This document shows, piece by piece, positions 1 to 15,183 of a DNA stretch of 64,000 nt. Both the position numbers and the translations under genes were made by a program. How positions within the stretch are numbered: position 1 is the stretch's first letter; each line of letters starts with the position of its first letter. This DNA comes from Octopus vulgaris (Eukaryota): positions 127,410,001 to 127,474,000 of the forward strand of contig OX597819.1 in the NCBI GenBank assembly GCA_951406725.2. Reading direction: 5' to 3'. The notes below the pieces were generated by a model that was not told where the DNA came from, made no database searches, and saw only the letters and a program-made list of their open reading frames with translations.

Positions 1-1132
<1,132 letters not shown>

Positions 1133-1219
1133 TTGTACTTGTTGGGCCTTCGGACTGAATTTAACTCTTTCCATAAGAGGAAAAGAAAACACGCATCCCA
1201 TCCAAAACTAATATTATAG

Positions 1220-1277
1220 TGGAAAATCAAAAAATACTAATTAGGTTATAACCTAATTAGTATTTTTTGATTTTCCA
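1220..1277. repeat. Perfect 58-bp loopless palindrome
   Basis: tggaaaatcaaaaaatactaattaggtta|taacctaattagtattttttgattttcca. Confidence 0.95.
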
Positions 1278-1329
1278 AGAGAAAACGGTTACCGATATTA
1301 GCCGCCCCCAGCTCCCAGTACTGTCACAA

Positions 1330-1620
1330 CACGACTCCAGAACCTCAGACCAGCCTTGGATTTGCTGGCAGGTTGGTTGGTGTGCCATTCCACTGTACAC
1401 CATGTGGAGTAATCTATGGGATAGCAATCGGGAGAATTAGGGGACTAGAAATTGGGGCTGGTGAAGTCGTAGACATTCTCCGACAACCTTTTCTTGTCTC
1501 TTTCCGAAGGTATCACAAAGAATCACTCCAGCCAGGGATTGACCATGGTCTCCAGCAGCTTCACAAACCCTAAGTCCCTGTTCAAAGATCTAGGGTTAAA
1601 TGGTGGTGTGCGGACTTAGT
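1330..1620 (-). mobile_element. Degraded Tc1/mariner-superfamily transposase, C-terminal fragment
   Basis: Minus strand reads WLSENVYDFTSPNF*SPNSPDCYPIDYSTW, matching the W-P-x-SPDLNP-x-DY-x-W motif. Confidence 0.7.
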
Positions 1621-2006
1621 CGAAACGCCTATGTACCTTCGTAGTCTCCTTTGCAGCTGTCCATGTCACGTCTTACAGCGTTTACAATATTCACAGAAAA
1701 CTAAGCACGAGCTATTATGTTGTCATTTTTATACCTGGTGAGATTCATCATGGGACGGCCAGCTCTTTTCCACTATTCAATGGCTAGCAGTTATTCATCA
1801 GCATCTAAATGCGCCAGATTTAGCCCGAACATAATGTATATACTGTATATATATATATATATATATATATCTGCTTGTTTTGTACACCACCTATCTTCGT
1901 CTTTTGTTTTTTTCGTAAACTCTCCCTATGTATATATATATATATATATATACGTACATGCATACATACATACATACATACATACATACATACATACATA
2001 CATACA

Positions 2007-2065
<59 letters not shown>

Positions 2066-2546
2066 ATACATACATATATAAGTTCAGCAAAATTCAGATT
2101 CAGATGAATATGGTACTTAAGTTAGATGCACCAGAATTTAGTACGGTGTTATCCATATAAATCCATGGGGTGATTATAATCAAAGTAAGCAACACGAAGA
2201 TATTCTTGTTGCTTATTTTGAGGATATATATTGAAAGTATAATTATACAAATATAATTATAATTAAGGGCGCTGGAGGAACAGCGCCTGTGCGCTAGATA
2301 TAGACGTCAAACGACTACAAACCACTTACGGTAGCACTCGGTTTAATACTGAGAAGGTAACATATAGAAAACTGTTTGTGTCTGATGAACATGTTTGAGA
2401 CATTTCTCAACATATAAAACTAGTACCACTTAAAGATATGTATTGTGTCCTTTAAATAAATAATATTTATTTCTCACCAGATGGAGTACATTTTGTTGAA
2501 TTTTCTATCACGAAACAGTACATTATACACACACACAAACACACAC

Positions 2547-2577
<31 letters not shown>

Positions 2578-2580
<3 letters not shown>

Positions 2581-3462
2581 TCTAAGAGTTATACGTTCTT
2601 GTCCATGTTGTATTTTTCTACATACCTTAACATATATTCCAGGCGCCCCGTACCCCCCTTAACATTTATGTGAGCACATATTCTTAATAATTGGTACGAC
2701 TCTCTGTTTGTCTCTCTCTCTCTCATTTTTACTTGATCTGTCCCCCTCTCTCTTTTCTCTCTACTCATCCTCTTTTTCTCTTCTCTTTCCTCTGATTCTT
2801 TGGTCTAGTCTTCCACTACCCTCCTATTTCTTTGTCTCGCTCTGCACTCACAGGTCATTCTTCGACACCCATCCCTTCTCCTCTCTGATTCCTTCTTTCT
2901 CTCTCTTCTCTCTCTTTGTTGCGTTTGTCCCTCCTCTCTCTCTCTTCCTTTGCTTCTCTTTCTTTTCTTTTCCTCTTCTCTGTCACGTGACTGTTGGCCG
3001 AAATCTGCCTTTCAGCCTCTGACCCTCGTTCTGTTAACATCGCTGTTTTCGTCCGCCACTATAAAGGCTTTTTCCATTGCGCCAGAAAAAATTTGTTTGC
3101 TTGTTATCAGTCGTAAGACACTGTTGTTTTCACCGTTAATGCTTCTGTATTTCATGTTTCTGTATTCCATTATTGTTTTTTGTTTTTTTATATCTGTCCC
3201 TTTTGCTGTCCTGGTGTTCGTATGCATTCGATCCTTCTTCCAGGAAATCTACGCTTCCAGCTTAGTTTTTCTAATGCTCGTTGCTTGGTTTTTCTTGGAG
3301 GGCTGGCCGTGATCTAGTAATCTCAAGATTAATCAGCCGAAATTACTACGATGATCCGGTTCTTGACTGAAGACTGAGGGTTTCGAATGTCCTGTCCGTG
3401 TTTATTGTGTCGTCTTCTAAGAGTTATACGTTCTTGTCCATGTTGTATTTTTTCTACATACC

Positions 3463-3467
<5 letters not shown>
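2578..3467 (+). mobile_element. Non-coding element bounded by ~50-bp direct repeats, between (TA)n tracts; probably Penelope-like and non-autonomous
   Basis: tcttctaagagttatacgttcttgtccatgttgtattttt...cataccttaa occurs at 2578 and 3413. The 3' part is homologous to 50035-50155. Confidence 0.55.
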
Positions 3468-3510
<43 letters not shown>

Positions 3511-3971
3511 TAAATACAGATATGATTGTTATTTGAAATACCGACCATATCAAGTGGCCAGCATAGGAATAAAAACCTTATAAGTAATAATTATTATTAA
3601 AATTATAATTATGGGTATCTAAAACTCACTACCATGCTAGAGATAGCAGTCAAAACATGACTCTAAAACCACATCACGTATTCATACAGCACCAGGAGAA
3701 AAGGCACATAGACAAATAAACTAGCAAAATTTATTGGATAATCCCAACGATAGATAATGTGTAATTATTGGATAATCCCAATAATAGGTAATACAACAAG
3801 CTACTGAAGTATAAATGAGTGAAGGACAGAACGAGACAGGTACAAAAATGAGTTCTCTTGAAAAACAGTATAAATATCGAGTTATGAGGAGACTAGAAAA
3901 ATATATAAAACGACAAAGCAAAGACAAAGACGAAAAATAAACATACAATAAACGACTATGATAGAAATATT

Positions 3972-4357
3972 GTGGAGGCGCAATGGCCCAGTGGTTAGGG
4001 CCGCGGACTCGCGGTCATAGGATCGCGGTTTCGATTCCCAGACCGGGCGTTGTGAGTGTTTATGGAGCGAAAACACCCAAAGCTCCACGAGGCTCCGACA
4101 GGGGATGGTGGTGATCCCTGCTGTACTCTTTCACCACAACTTTCTCTCACACTTACTTCCTGTTTCTGTTGTACCTGTATTTCAAAGGGCCGGCCTTGTC
4201 ACTCTCTGTGTCATGCTGAATATCCCCGAGAACTACGTTAAGGGTACACGTGTCTGTGGAGTGCTCAGCCACTTACACGTTAATTTCACGAGCAGGCTGT
4301 TCCGTTGATTCGGATCAACCGGAACCCTCGTCATCGTAACCGACGGAGTGCTTCCAC
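3972..4357 (+). mobile_element. tRNA-derived SINE family A, full length
   Basis: A box TGGCCCAGTGG and B-box-like GGTTTCGATTCCC; flanking duplication atgatagaaata. Other copies at 25420-25568, 37828-38213, 44533-44825 and 63411-63605. Confidence 0.9.
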
Positions 4358-4981
4358 ATATCCATGATAGAAATAAGACAAGACATAATTAGCATAAGTC
4401 GAAGTTTTGGACTGTTCGTCTTCATCATGCTAAGAAGGTGAGGTGAAGTTCGAAGCTACTATTCGATATTTCTTTGAAAACGGTCATAGGTATGTATACT
4501 ACAAAAACTGTTGAGCAATCCTACAGTTTAATACAAACACACACATATTTATATAAATATCTGTATGTATCTAACATATATATATATAGGGAAAGTTTAC
4601 GAAAATAAACAAAAGACGAAGGCAGGTGGAGTACAAACAAACAAATGTATTAGTATAGCGCTCAGGAATAGAAACAGAAAAAGTCTTACAGAAAGATACA
4701 CAGAAAAAAATCAAGGAGAGAAACAAGGAGAGAAAAAAATGCGTGTAGGAGCTATGCTAACTGAATAATATATAAACATATGCATATATACATACATATA
4801 TGTACATACCTACATCTATATGTATATATACATGCATATATGGGTACAGGACACCAAATAAACGTAGAACACAAAGAGAAACGAAAACATAAAGACAAAA
4901 ACATGGAAACGGACTTTTTTTTTCAAACAACGAAAAAACAGAGTACAAGACATACAACACAAGGAATATTCCCTCTTCAGT

Positions 4982-5027
<46 letters not shown>

Positions 5028-5238
5028 TATATGTATATATATACATGTTTATATATATATATATATATACATGTTTATATGTATATACATATACTTATAT
5101 AGTATACAACCTCATGAAACACGTGTAGTCGACAGCTTTGAACATGAATAGTATTAAATATAATATAATATGACATGATTGAATTTATATTTTGATTTGT
5201 TGGATTTTATGGGGATTTCTGTCGCTAATGATACTTTA

Positions 5239-5291
<53 letters not shown>

Positions 5292-5293
5292 TA

Positions 5294-5352
<59 letters not shown>

Positions 5353-5372
5353 CTATGTATATATACACACAG

Positions 5373-5410
<38 letters not shown>

Positions 5411-6349
5411 ATGTGTGTGTGTGTGTATACATTCTGCATATATACATACATATAAGCACACATGCATACGTAAATACATACTTACAGGCATACTCTGTCA
5501 GTCTCTTTGTCTCTCTTTCTCTCTCTCTTTCACACTCACACACAAAACGCACACACAAATATAATGCATAGACGATTGCCAACATGCTGTTACATAAATA
5601 CTTTCGAAGGAGCCACAGTAAATGGAGAGACGACCACTCAGTGTTTTGTAAATTTCCTAATTTTGGCCTCCAAGACATTTTATCTGAAGACAGTAATTAC
5701 ATCTGACGCTACTCCTTGATAGGCGTGTCGCAACGCAATTCCACTAATATTCTTATGTAACACCTCGTTTCTCACTTTCTCTAATTTACTCTTTGACCCA
5801 TTCCAAACTCCACGTACAGTCATTAACATGTGTACATAATTACATATAGAAACATACATTGATAACTCATCGACTGATATATGCACTGCCGCACTGTTAG
5901 ACAATTAATATTTTTTTCATTTCACATATGTGCGAAATCTATAGAAAACGTTGACATACTTACAAACTTACATACATGTACATATGTATATATATATTAA
6001 ACACAAACAAGGATACACCTACATACGTACATATATATATATGTGTGTTTTACACAAACGTACATATACATACATATACCAATATGTATGTGTATTTGTT
6101 GATATATAAATGAAGAACAAAACAATAGGAGTCTCGTAATCAGATTTTACTTACAGCTGTTTCTGCTTTAGGGAACCAGACACCCAGATTTGAGTGCCAG
6201 GGTGATTTCTTAAATCTCCTTTATATATATATAAATAATTGAAGTGTCTCAGAAACCATTTAACTATATATTTGGATACATAAAGATGTATATATATATA
6301 TACATATGTATATATACATATCTCTTTGTGTTTTCATATTTGGATTAAT

Positions 6350-6413
<64 letters not shown>

Positions 6414-6429
6414 CATACATATGTATATC

Positions 6430-6835
6430 CTGCAACAGCCATCAAGGCAGAAAACATTGATCGAGTTCACAACGTGATGATGGATGACAGGTGATTAATT
6501 ATAAATGAAATAGCCAACGCTATAGCATATGCAGTGAGAGAGTTGAGAATATTCTGCACAATGATCTTGTCATGACGAAGGTTTCTATTTGGTGGGTGCC
6601 ACATCTTCTGACACCTGATCAAAAGCGCACCAGGTTGCTCACATTATGCGAAAATCTGACATTGATTGTAGCAGATCCAGCGGATTTCCTTGAACATTTC
6701 CTCGCCCAAAATGAATATTGGGTTCATCTCTTTCAGCCAGAGACAAAGAAGCAAACAATACAGCGGAAACATCCCTCCGACTTGTTCAAAATAAGGCCAA
6801 GATCCTTTCATCTACAGGGTATGTGATGGTCTCCA
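6430..6835 (+). mobile_element. mariner transposase remnant
   Basis: Reads [14 protein letters not shown]..., then MTKVSIWWVPHLLTPDQKRTR...EYWVHLFQPETKKQ (WVPHEL-like motif, DETW-like region); disrupted. Confidence 0.88.
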
Positions 6836-7011
6836 GAACTTGGGCCATCTTGAAGACTCTCTCTTCAACTCCTAAATTCAGCTGACTACATTTGCACTGT
6901 TGATAAAACTGGAGCATTATTCCATAATATAGCAGCCACATCAGTATGAATGTCCTTAGGGGCCTCACCGTATTGGTGCAGGTGTGTCATAAAAACCACG
7001 CTGTCACATTT

Positions 7012-7215
7012 TTTTACTCTTTTACTTGTTTCAGTAATTTGACTGTAGCCATGCTGGAACACCGTCTTTAGTCGAGCAATTCGACCCCAGGACTTATTAT
7101 TTGTAAGCCTAGTACTTATTTTATCGGGCCCTTGTGCCGAACCGCTAAGTTACGGGGACGTAAGCACACCACCATCGGTTGTCAAGCGATGTAGGGGAGA
7201 AAACACAGACACACA
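7012..7215 (-). mobile_element. SINE family D, 3' half
   Basis: Matches the same block at 44826-44960 and 46320-46530. Confidence 0.8.
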
Positions 7216-7451
7216 AACATATATGTATGTTAGTTTTGTGATTTGAATATATATAAAATTACATATATAAATAAGAGGAGTAGCCACCAAGATAGATTCC
7301 TAATATGCTAGAAGAAGACGCCAAATCGCCATACCATGATATATATTTCATAGTCTTCGGGCATTTTTTAAGTACGCTAGGCCACTGGTTTAAATTAGTA
7401 TTAATTAATAATATTAATTTCTACACCTCATTAATTAACACACACGCGCAC

Positions 7452-7521
<70 letters not shown>

Positions 7522-7543
7522 TTAAAATCACAGTAGGCAACAT

Positions 7544-7953
7544 GATATCAAGTAGTAATGCAGTACGACTGCTTCAGGCGGATCGATCGCAATTATTACA
7601 TCAATTTAAATGCAGTGAAATCTTCAGATGCACAAATAAAACAAGTGGAATTTTAACAAGTAGGGCACATTAATATAATTTTTCTTAAATATTTTAACAG
7701 AACAAGAAAAAATTCATGTTGTTGTTATTGTAGCTAAGAATAGATTCCAATCTATTCTTACGATGAATTTCTTCCATCTTCATGTCTGTGTTAAATATTA
7801 TAGAAAAATTATATTAATGTGTCCTACTAGTTAAAATTCATTTATTTATTTGTGCAGCTGAAGATGGCATTGCACATAAATTGATGTAATGATTGCATTG
7901 TTCAATTAAATGGAGTGCCTTCAAACGGTCGTACTGCATGACTACTTGATATC
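7544..7953. repeat. ~410-bp imperfect fold-back element with a hammerhead-like motif in each arm
   Basis: Arms are reverse complements around taagaatagatt-cc-aatctattctta. At 7852-7939 (+): gtgcag CTGAAGA...cAAA cggtcg TA ctgcat. Confidence 0.8.
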
Positions 7954-8049
7954 CTTACTTCGAGCCGTGCGGATAATACCGGACTGACTTGGTGCTTCAA
8001 CTTAAGTACCTAATTCAACTGAACCTCAATTATATATATATACACACAC

Positions 8050-8212
8050 CTGTTTTTCCTGCCAGCCAACACAGTTGTCCAGTATGTAATAAAATGTGTA
8101 AAAGCTTGGCTGGTCTTAAAAGTCATATAAGGGCATCACATGGCAACAATAATTAGTCATTTCAGTAAGTCTTCTTGACAATGGCTTTTCTCGTGTAACG
8201 AGGGTGCAGCTA
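8050..8212 (+). mobile_element. LINE 3' end encoding a C2H2 zinc finger (RTE-like)
   Basis: HSCPVCNKMCKSLAGLKSHIRASH then stop, a short UTR and a TA tract. Clade assignment is inference. Confidence 0.6.
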
Positions 8213-8240
8213 TTATATATATATCTATATATATTTATTT

Positions 8241-8660
8241 AATATAAACAGCAGTTTGCAACAAAAAGGGGAATTACAAATGCCACTAAATGTAACTAGG
8301 TTGTTAGGAAACACCTACATGGCTAAAAATAAGAGCTAAACCGCTTTAATGCAGTACTTAACGCACATGAATGAAAACATATACACTAACAGGGGCCATG
8401 ATCGTCCGAAAAATGCCGATCGAGAATTCTTAATACTGACGCGTTAGTTTCGGCTGTTTCCGCTGTCTCATCAGTTAAGACAGCTCAACTGGTCTGTCTC
8501 TGTTAGTGTATCTATTTTCATTTATGTGCGTTAACTACAGCATCAGAGCAGTTTAGCTCTTATTTGTAGCAATCTGGTTTGTTTCCTAACACCCTAGTCA
8601 CTTTTAGTGATAATTATAATTCTCCTTTTTGGTGAATCATTGTAAACTACTGTTTATATA
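8241..8660. repeat. Fold-back element (~155-bp arms) with a hammerhead motif in the loop
   Basis: 8241-8395 is the reverse complement of ~8497-8660. Minus strand 8428-8480: tcttaa CTGATGA...GAAA ctaacgcgtcag TA ttaaga. Confidence 0.8.
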
Positions 8661-9245
8661 AATTTTATATATACATCCTAGCGAATCGCTAAATCATTCA
8701 ATTATTTGGATGACGAAAACAAATAGTAATAGCGAAGCGAGTCCGGAAAGAGATGAACAACCTAATGCATTGTAGTATTTGCCCTGGTATTTTACATTTC
8801 AGTTACAAACACTGCCGAGGTTGACTTTTCCTTCCATCCCTTCAACTTTGATCATCATTATTATTATTATGACAGCGATGATGATCAAATTTCTTTCAAT
8901 TTTGTTTCCATTTGTTTCGAGTGTCTTCCCAACATCTAGAGCAAAGAAACTCACTACACACATTGATAGACCATTAAAAACAAAGACACCCAGATTGTTC
9001 GTTTACAAAGTGAAATGAAGGTATGTGAAAAAGGCAGAAGAGAATTTATTTGCGTTGTAATCGTTCTTAGAGCGACAATGCTCTTCTCAATTCGTATAAG
9101 GTACCAGTTCAAATTCTGCCGTGGTTGACTTCACGTTTCATCCTTTCGATGTCGATAAATTAAATACCAGTTGAATACTGGGTTCGATGCAATAGACTTC
9201 CCTCTCCACCAACAGATTTCAGAATTTGTACCTTTTATAGAAAGG

Positions 9246-9272
9246 ATTATTATTATTATTATTAATATTATT

Positions 9273-9319
<47 letters not shown>

Positions 9320-9344
9320 TATTATTATTATCATTTATTATTAC

Positions 9345-9412
<68 letters not shown>
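9246..9412. repeat. (ATT)n/(ATC)n compound microsatellite
   Basis: Directly visible. Confidence 0.95.
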
Positions 9413-9413
<1 letters not shown>

Positions 9414-10340
9414 GGTGCTAAATTAGTGCAGGTTTTGAGCGTTGGAAAGCATTTTTACAGCATTAATTCTGGATTTTAATGTTTAGAATTCAAATCCCAC
9501 CACGCTAAGTCGTGCCTTTCATCCTTTCAGTATCGAACGCTCAAAGTACCAGCCAAGTCCTGGAGTCGATTTCTGGCTTTGTCATGCCTTCTGCCAGTGC
9601 ACCAATTGATTGAAATTATTAATGATAAATGTATTTTGTAAATAACTTTAGCAGTAGTAATACTTCAAATCCGACAAATAAATAAAAGGAATAACACACA
9701 GGTAAATATATAAACAAGTGCAATAAACAAAGTGCAGGTGCCAAAGTGGTGATAGCATTGCACAGTTGAGCAGTAGGTCACGTGAATTAATAATTCCACA
9801 GACGAGAATTGTCTTTCGCTTTTCCGTTTTGTAGGGAATACAAATTACACTACTCCCCTTAATCTACCTAGCTGAAAATTGGATACCACACCCTTTTTAT
9901 GGTTCAGTAGCTGATGTTGAGAAGAGCATCCAACTGTAAAACATTTGTTCCAACAATGTATTGAAATGGTTTCTAAGAACTAAAGGAATCGAAACCCAAC
10001 TCGGGGGGGGGGGAAAGTTGTCTCACTATACCCACTTCCATTTGTTAAACAACGCTGAACTGTTAAACCATCCAAATCAATCGATAAGTTGATATTTAGT
10101 TAAGCCAACATGAATTTTGCATTTTTTTCCCCCATACCCTCTTTATTGTTAGTTTCTTGATGTCTGAAGCGACGTATATTAAAAAATAATGATATGTGTA
10201 TATATATATATATTTTAATAACAGAAAAATAATAAAATTGATGGCACTAAATATAAATACAAATATAAATACAAACATATATACATACGTATATACGTGC
10301 ATATATACACACATAAATATATATATTTGTGTATATATGA

Positions 10341-10388
<48 letters not shown>

Positions 10389-10411
10389 GTGTGTGTATAT
10401 ATATATATATG

Positions 10412-10458
<47 letters not shown>

Positions 10459-10465
10459 GTGTGTG

Positions 10466-10501
<36 letters not shown>

Positions 10502-10532
10502 TACACACACATACATACATATATATATACAT

Positions 10533-10594
<62 letters not shown>

Positions 10595-10959
10595 TACAAC
10601 ATTTAAAAGTATGATTAAAATACTAGAATTTCGAAACTGCGTGCAATTTTCGATTCCAAAAATATTAATCATAAAACTTTTGTGGTATTATGGATGTGTG
10701 TGTGTGTAAGTGTGTGTGTCTGTGAGTATGTGCGTGTAGGTGCGTGTGTGCGCGTACATATGTGTACATTCATCATTCATTTCAACTATAGGTACAAAGC
10801 CTGAAATAATGGCGAAGGGGTAACTAGATTACATCGATGAGCGTAGTGATGGACAGGACCTTATTTTATTCATCCTGAAAAAATAGAAGGCAATCCTGCT
10901 AGAATTTAGAATCAGAATGTAAACAAGGAAAAAAAAATACCGCTTAATATTTTCTTCCC

Positions 10960-13221
10960 CCGCCGCCTCTAACCTCATTGTCCGCACCCCCACAATTTAC
11001 TTCCTTCCCCCAAATCCACAAACCTAACAACCCTGGCCGCCCCATCGTCTTCGCCTGCAACTGCCGCACCGAACTCATCCCCAGATATCTTGACCGTCCC
11101 CTTGCCTCCCTACTGGCTTCCCTCCCCTTTTACATCCATGACACCAACCATGCTCTTCGTTTGTTCAGCTCTTTCCCCTTCCCTCCTGGCCCCTCTAAAC
11201 TTTTCTTCACTCTTGACATCAAGAGTCTATACATAGTGATCCCTCACCACGAGGTGCTGCCTGCACTCCAATTTTTTCTTGGCATTCGACCCAACCCCCA
11301 ATCTGACACATCCACACTCCTTCGTCTGGCCGAACTTGTCCTCTCACTTAACTGCTTCTCGTTCGCGGGTGATTTTTACCAGCAATTCTTGGGAGTGGCC
11401 ATGGGAACGAGAATGGGTCCCAACTATGCGAACCTATTCTCAAGTTTTACTGGTCCCACTCCTGAACGATACGGTCGTTATATTGACCTGTATCGGCTCG
11501 ACCTCACTCTCCCACGAACATCTAGACTCTTTCCTCTATTTTGTCCAATCTTTCCATCCTGCCCTCCACTTCTGCACTATTACCGACACCTCAGGTGCCT
11601 TTCTCGATATTTCGGTCAGTATTCATCACTCCACTCTCAGCACCTCCATCCATTACAAACACACAGACTCACACTCATATCTGAACTTCTCCTTTTCTCA
11701 CCCTAAATACACCATCCCCTATTTCCAATTCCTCCGTCTACGCAGGCTTTGACCATGACTTTGAGACTCAGTCTCTACTCATGGCTCGTCACTTCATTCT
11801 ACGTTGATATCCCTTCACCACTATCCACAGCACCCTTGCCTTAGCACTTCCACACTCGTCCCGCCGCCACCTGTCTCCCGTTTCTCCTCACCTACCACCC
11901 CAGCACCCTACTTCTCCAACGCACCATTCTCCGAGCCTTCTGGCGACTCCAGTCTGACACCTCCGCTTCGCACATCTTCCCTAAACGACCCCTCCCCTCC
12001 TTCAAACGAGCCCTGAACCTACGAGACCTCTTGGTCCACAGCTTCTTCTCTACCCCAACCTCCCAAACGGCTCGTTCCCCTGCTCCCGCCCACACTGCCG
12101 CACTTGCCCTTGTCTCTCCTACACCAACCTCCTCACAGGCACCCATCATCGACCCTATCATATCACTGACTCCTTCACCTGCACTTGTAGCAATGTCATC
12201 TACTGCATCTCCTGCTCTCTCTGTCCTTCTCTATACATCAGTCAAACGGGACGACGCTTGGTGACCGGTTCGCAGAACACCTCCGAGACATCCGACTCGG
12301 CAACGACATCCCGGTCTCACACCATTTCCACTTTACCGGTCACTCTTTACAACACCTGTCTGTGTTCGGATTGTCCTTGCACAGTGGCCATCCGGATTCC
12401 CGTCATCGCAGTGAGCAGGGATTAATCTTCTCTCTTCGCTCCTTTGCGCCACAAGCTCAAATCTCCTTCCCTCCTCATCTAACCTTCCTCCTCTCTCCTT
12501 TCTTCCTCTCACACCTACTTCCTCCCACCCACCTCTTCTCTTGCCCTGGCACCTACTTCCTCTCTTCACTCCTACCCATCTTCTCCCTTCCCCTCTCTCT
12601 CTTCGTCGTCACCACTCACTCGTTACCCTACCTCTACACATTCCAAACTCACCATCCTTATACATTCCATGCCACCGCACCCCATCCCTTAGACCCAACA
12701 CTTGCTTCCCCCATTCTCACCCCCACATCTCCACAGCCCAACACCACCACACCACACACCACCACACCAAGAAACCACACACCACCATACCACATCACAC
12801 CACCCGGTACAAACTAGCACTGACCACTTCCCAACCCCACACCATCATCGACACACCTGTACATGCACACACGCACACGTCAAGGTCACCAGCCCCCTTC
12901 CACACGCACATACACGCTCTCACATGCACACGCACAAGCATCTTCGTTTTGGGATCACCACTATTTATTATCTCTCTTTTTCCTAGCTCTCCTGTGTGAC
13001 CGCTCTGTCCGGTATTCGCCATGATAGATCGCTAGCCACTATTTTCTATTTTTCTATTTTCTCTCACTGTTTATTTCTGTGTTCCTTTCTGTCGAAGAGC
13101 GTAGGCTCGAAACGTAAAAGACTTTCTCACTTCCCGAGCGTTAAACTAATACATCTGTTTGTTGTTTACACACCCGTCTTCGTCTTTTGTTGTTTTTTTA
13201 AAATTCTCACTACATATATAT
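10960..13221 (+). mobile_element. Penelope-like retroelement (Neptune-type), 5'-truncated and degenerate: RT, Cys linker, GIY-YIG endonuclease and 3' hammerhead
   Basis: RT motifs IHKPNNPGRPIV, LDIKSLY, GVAMGTRMGPNYANLF and RYID. Then PCSRPHCRTCP and FTCTCSNVIYCISCSLCPSLYISQTGRRL..RFAEHLRDIR at ~12070-12450. Frameshifted. Confidence 0.9.
13085..13120 (+). ncRNA. Minimal type I hammerhead motif (variant core CUGUCGA) at the Penelope 3' end
   Basis: cttt CTGTCGA a gagc-gtag-gctc GAAA cg TA aaag. Confidence 0.65.
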
Positions 13222-14919
13222 ATATATATATAAGTCCAAATTTAGAATTAAAGAATTACGGTCAAGAAAGTAGGTATCAAATGCAGTATCCAAACCTTGC
13301 TTCAGTGTACCTGCAGAGCACGTCCATCATTTATGGTTGGCAGGTGTCACCACCTGTGTTCGTCGCGCGATCTTCGTCCGAAATTCTTAGGTGCACAAAG
13401 GGTATATTTTAAAAGATTTATAAACAAGACATAGTATAAGTAGAAAAAATTATTAGCACAACAATCGTTTTGGTTTCATTCTGCATTGCTCCCTAGTGAG
13501 CGTGGAACTATGTAATAACACCAGATGCAACGGACAGTGCAAAAAGGCCTCGTCAGGTAACGTAAGATGATTCTCAAGATCTCTTACATTTACGTTTTAC
13601 TTTCGCTTCAACATATATGTTGATGGTGTGCGTGTGTGCACTCACATTGTAAGTAAGCGTACCATTTAATAAACATGTATATAACGGCGCTGCGTTAAAC
13701 CACAAGCCACTCTCTATTGAACAAATTATAAGTCCAGTGAGTTGATCATCTGATGAGCTAGCTTTCTTTATTTGCATTAATTTGTACATGTACAATTCTA
13801 CTGTATAAAGCTAAGCATGCATATTAAAACAAAGATATCGGCATAATTTGTTGCATACTGAAATTAATACTTTACGTAGATAGTGACAATTCTCATGCAA
13901 GTCCCGTGGTTAAATAATCATATTTTCACCTATCAAATCTTATGATTTTATATTTTTATATACTCCTCATGATTTTATATTTTCAAATACTCCTTTTATC
14001 GCTTGGATTTTTTAAATCTTCATGTATATTGTTATTTGACATTACTCTACTTTGGATTACTAATGGTTTACTACTTGGACTGATAGCTGAGTCCTTAAGA
14101 GGAGCTTACTATGGTAGCCATACAAGCCTCTGAATCCATATCGTATGGTACTGATGGCCACAACCTCAAGGCTGAAACCACTAAAAGAATAAAAGAATAT
14201 ATATATACACGAACACAGACGGAGAGAGAAGGAATGAGAGAAAGATAAATATGTACATACAAATAAACATATATGCACACACACACACACACACATACAC
14301 ACACACATACACACATGCTTGTTAGTCTTGTAGTTTGAACACAAATATTTATGTATTAAGTATTGGAGCGCAAGTTATTTTGAAAAATTGCTTGGTCTTA
14401 AGTGGAATATTTCGCGCCAGGAAGTGAAAGTTCAAGGATATACGGGTACAACAATAAGAAGAACTGTAATTACAGTGTTATGACGTCTACCAGTGTCAGT
14501 ATCTTCTGACAGACGTTGCATTAAATTTATTTTATAGACCGTAGAGGACTTCCCGAAAAAATATATTCCATTTCATATTTTTATTTTTGAATGTAATGGT
14601 TAAGTAATTCTTAACAAGACGTGCTGTTATCATTCATGTTGTGATATATATATGTGTGTATGTATGTATGTATGGTATGTATTTATGTATGTGTGTATGT
14701 ATGTGTGTGTGTGTTTATATACGTATGTGTATATGTATATACGTATGCGTGTGTATGTACGTATATGTATATGTATGTATGTATGTGTGTTTGTGTATGT
14801 ATGTTTGCATGTGTCTATGCGTACACACACACACACAGAACGCACACATATATATATATACGTATGTATGTGAATATACGTATGTATGTAAATACACACA
14901 CGCATTTACACGCACACAC

Positions 14920-14971
<52 letters not shown>

Positions 14972-15121
14972 ACATATACACAGGGTTAGCAAGACGGGTA
15001 AGGTTAATTTTTTTTGTGTTTGATAATTGTTGCTCATTGTACATATGTCTGCCTTTCCTCTCTCAGAAGCACTTATATATACGCATACATGTACTCAACA
15101 TATACGCATACACATGAAACA

Positions 15122-15183
<62 letters not shown>

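Noticed and set aside
2382-2427. Hammerhead-like CTGATGA...hairpin...TAAAACTAGTA, and similar traces at 13470-13560 and 14150-14185
   Set aside because: GAAA or stem I is missing; too decayed to call.
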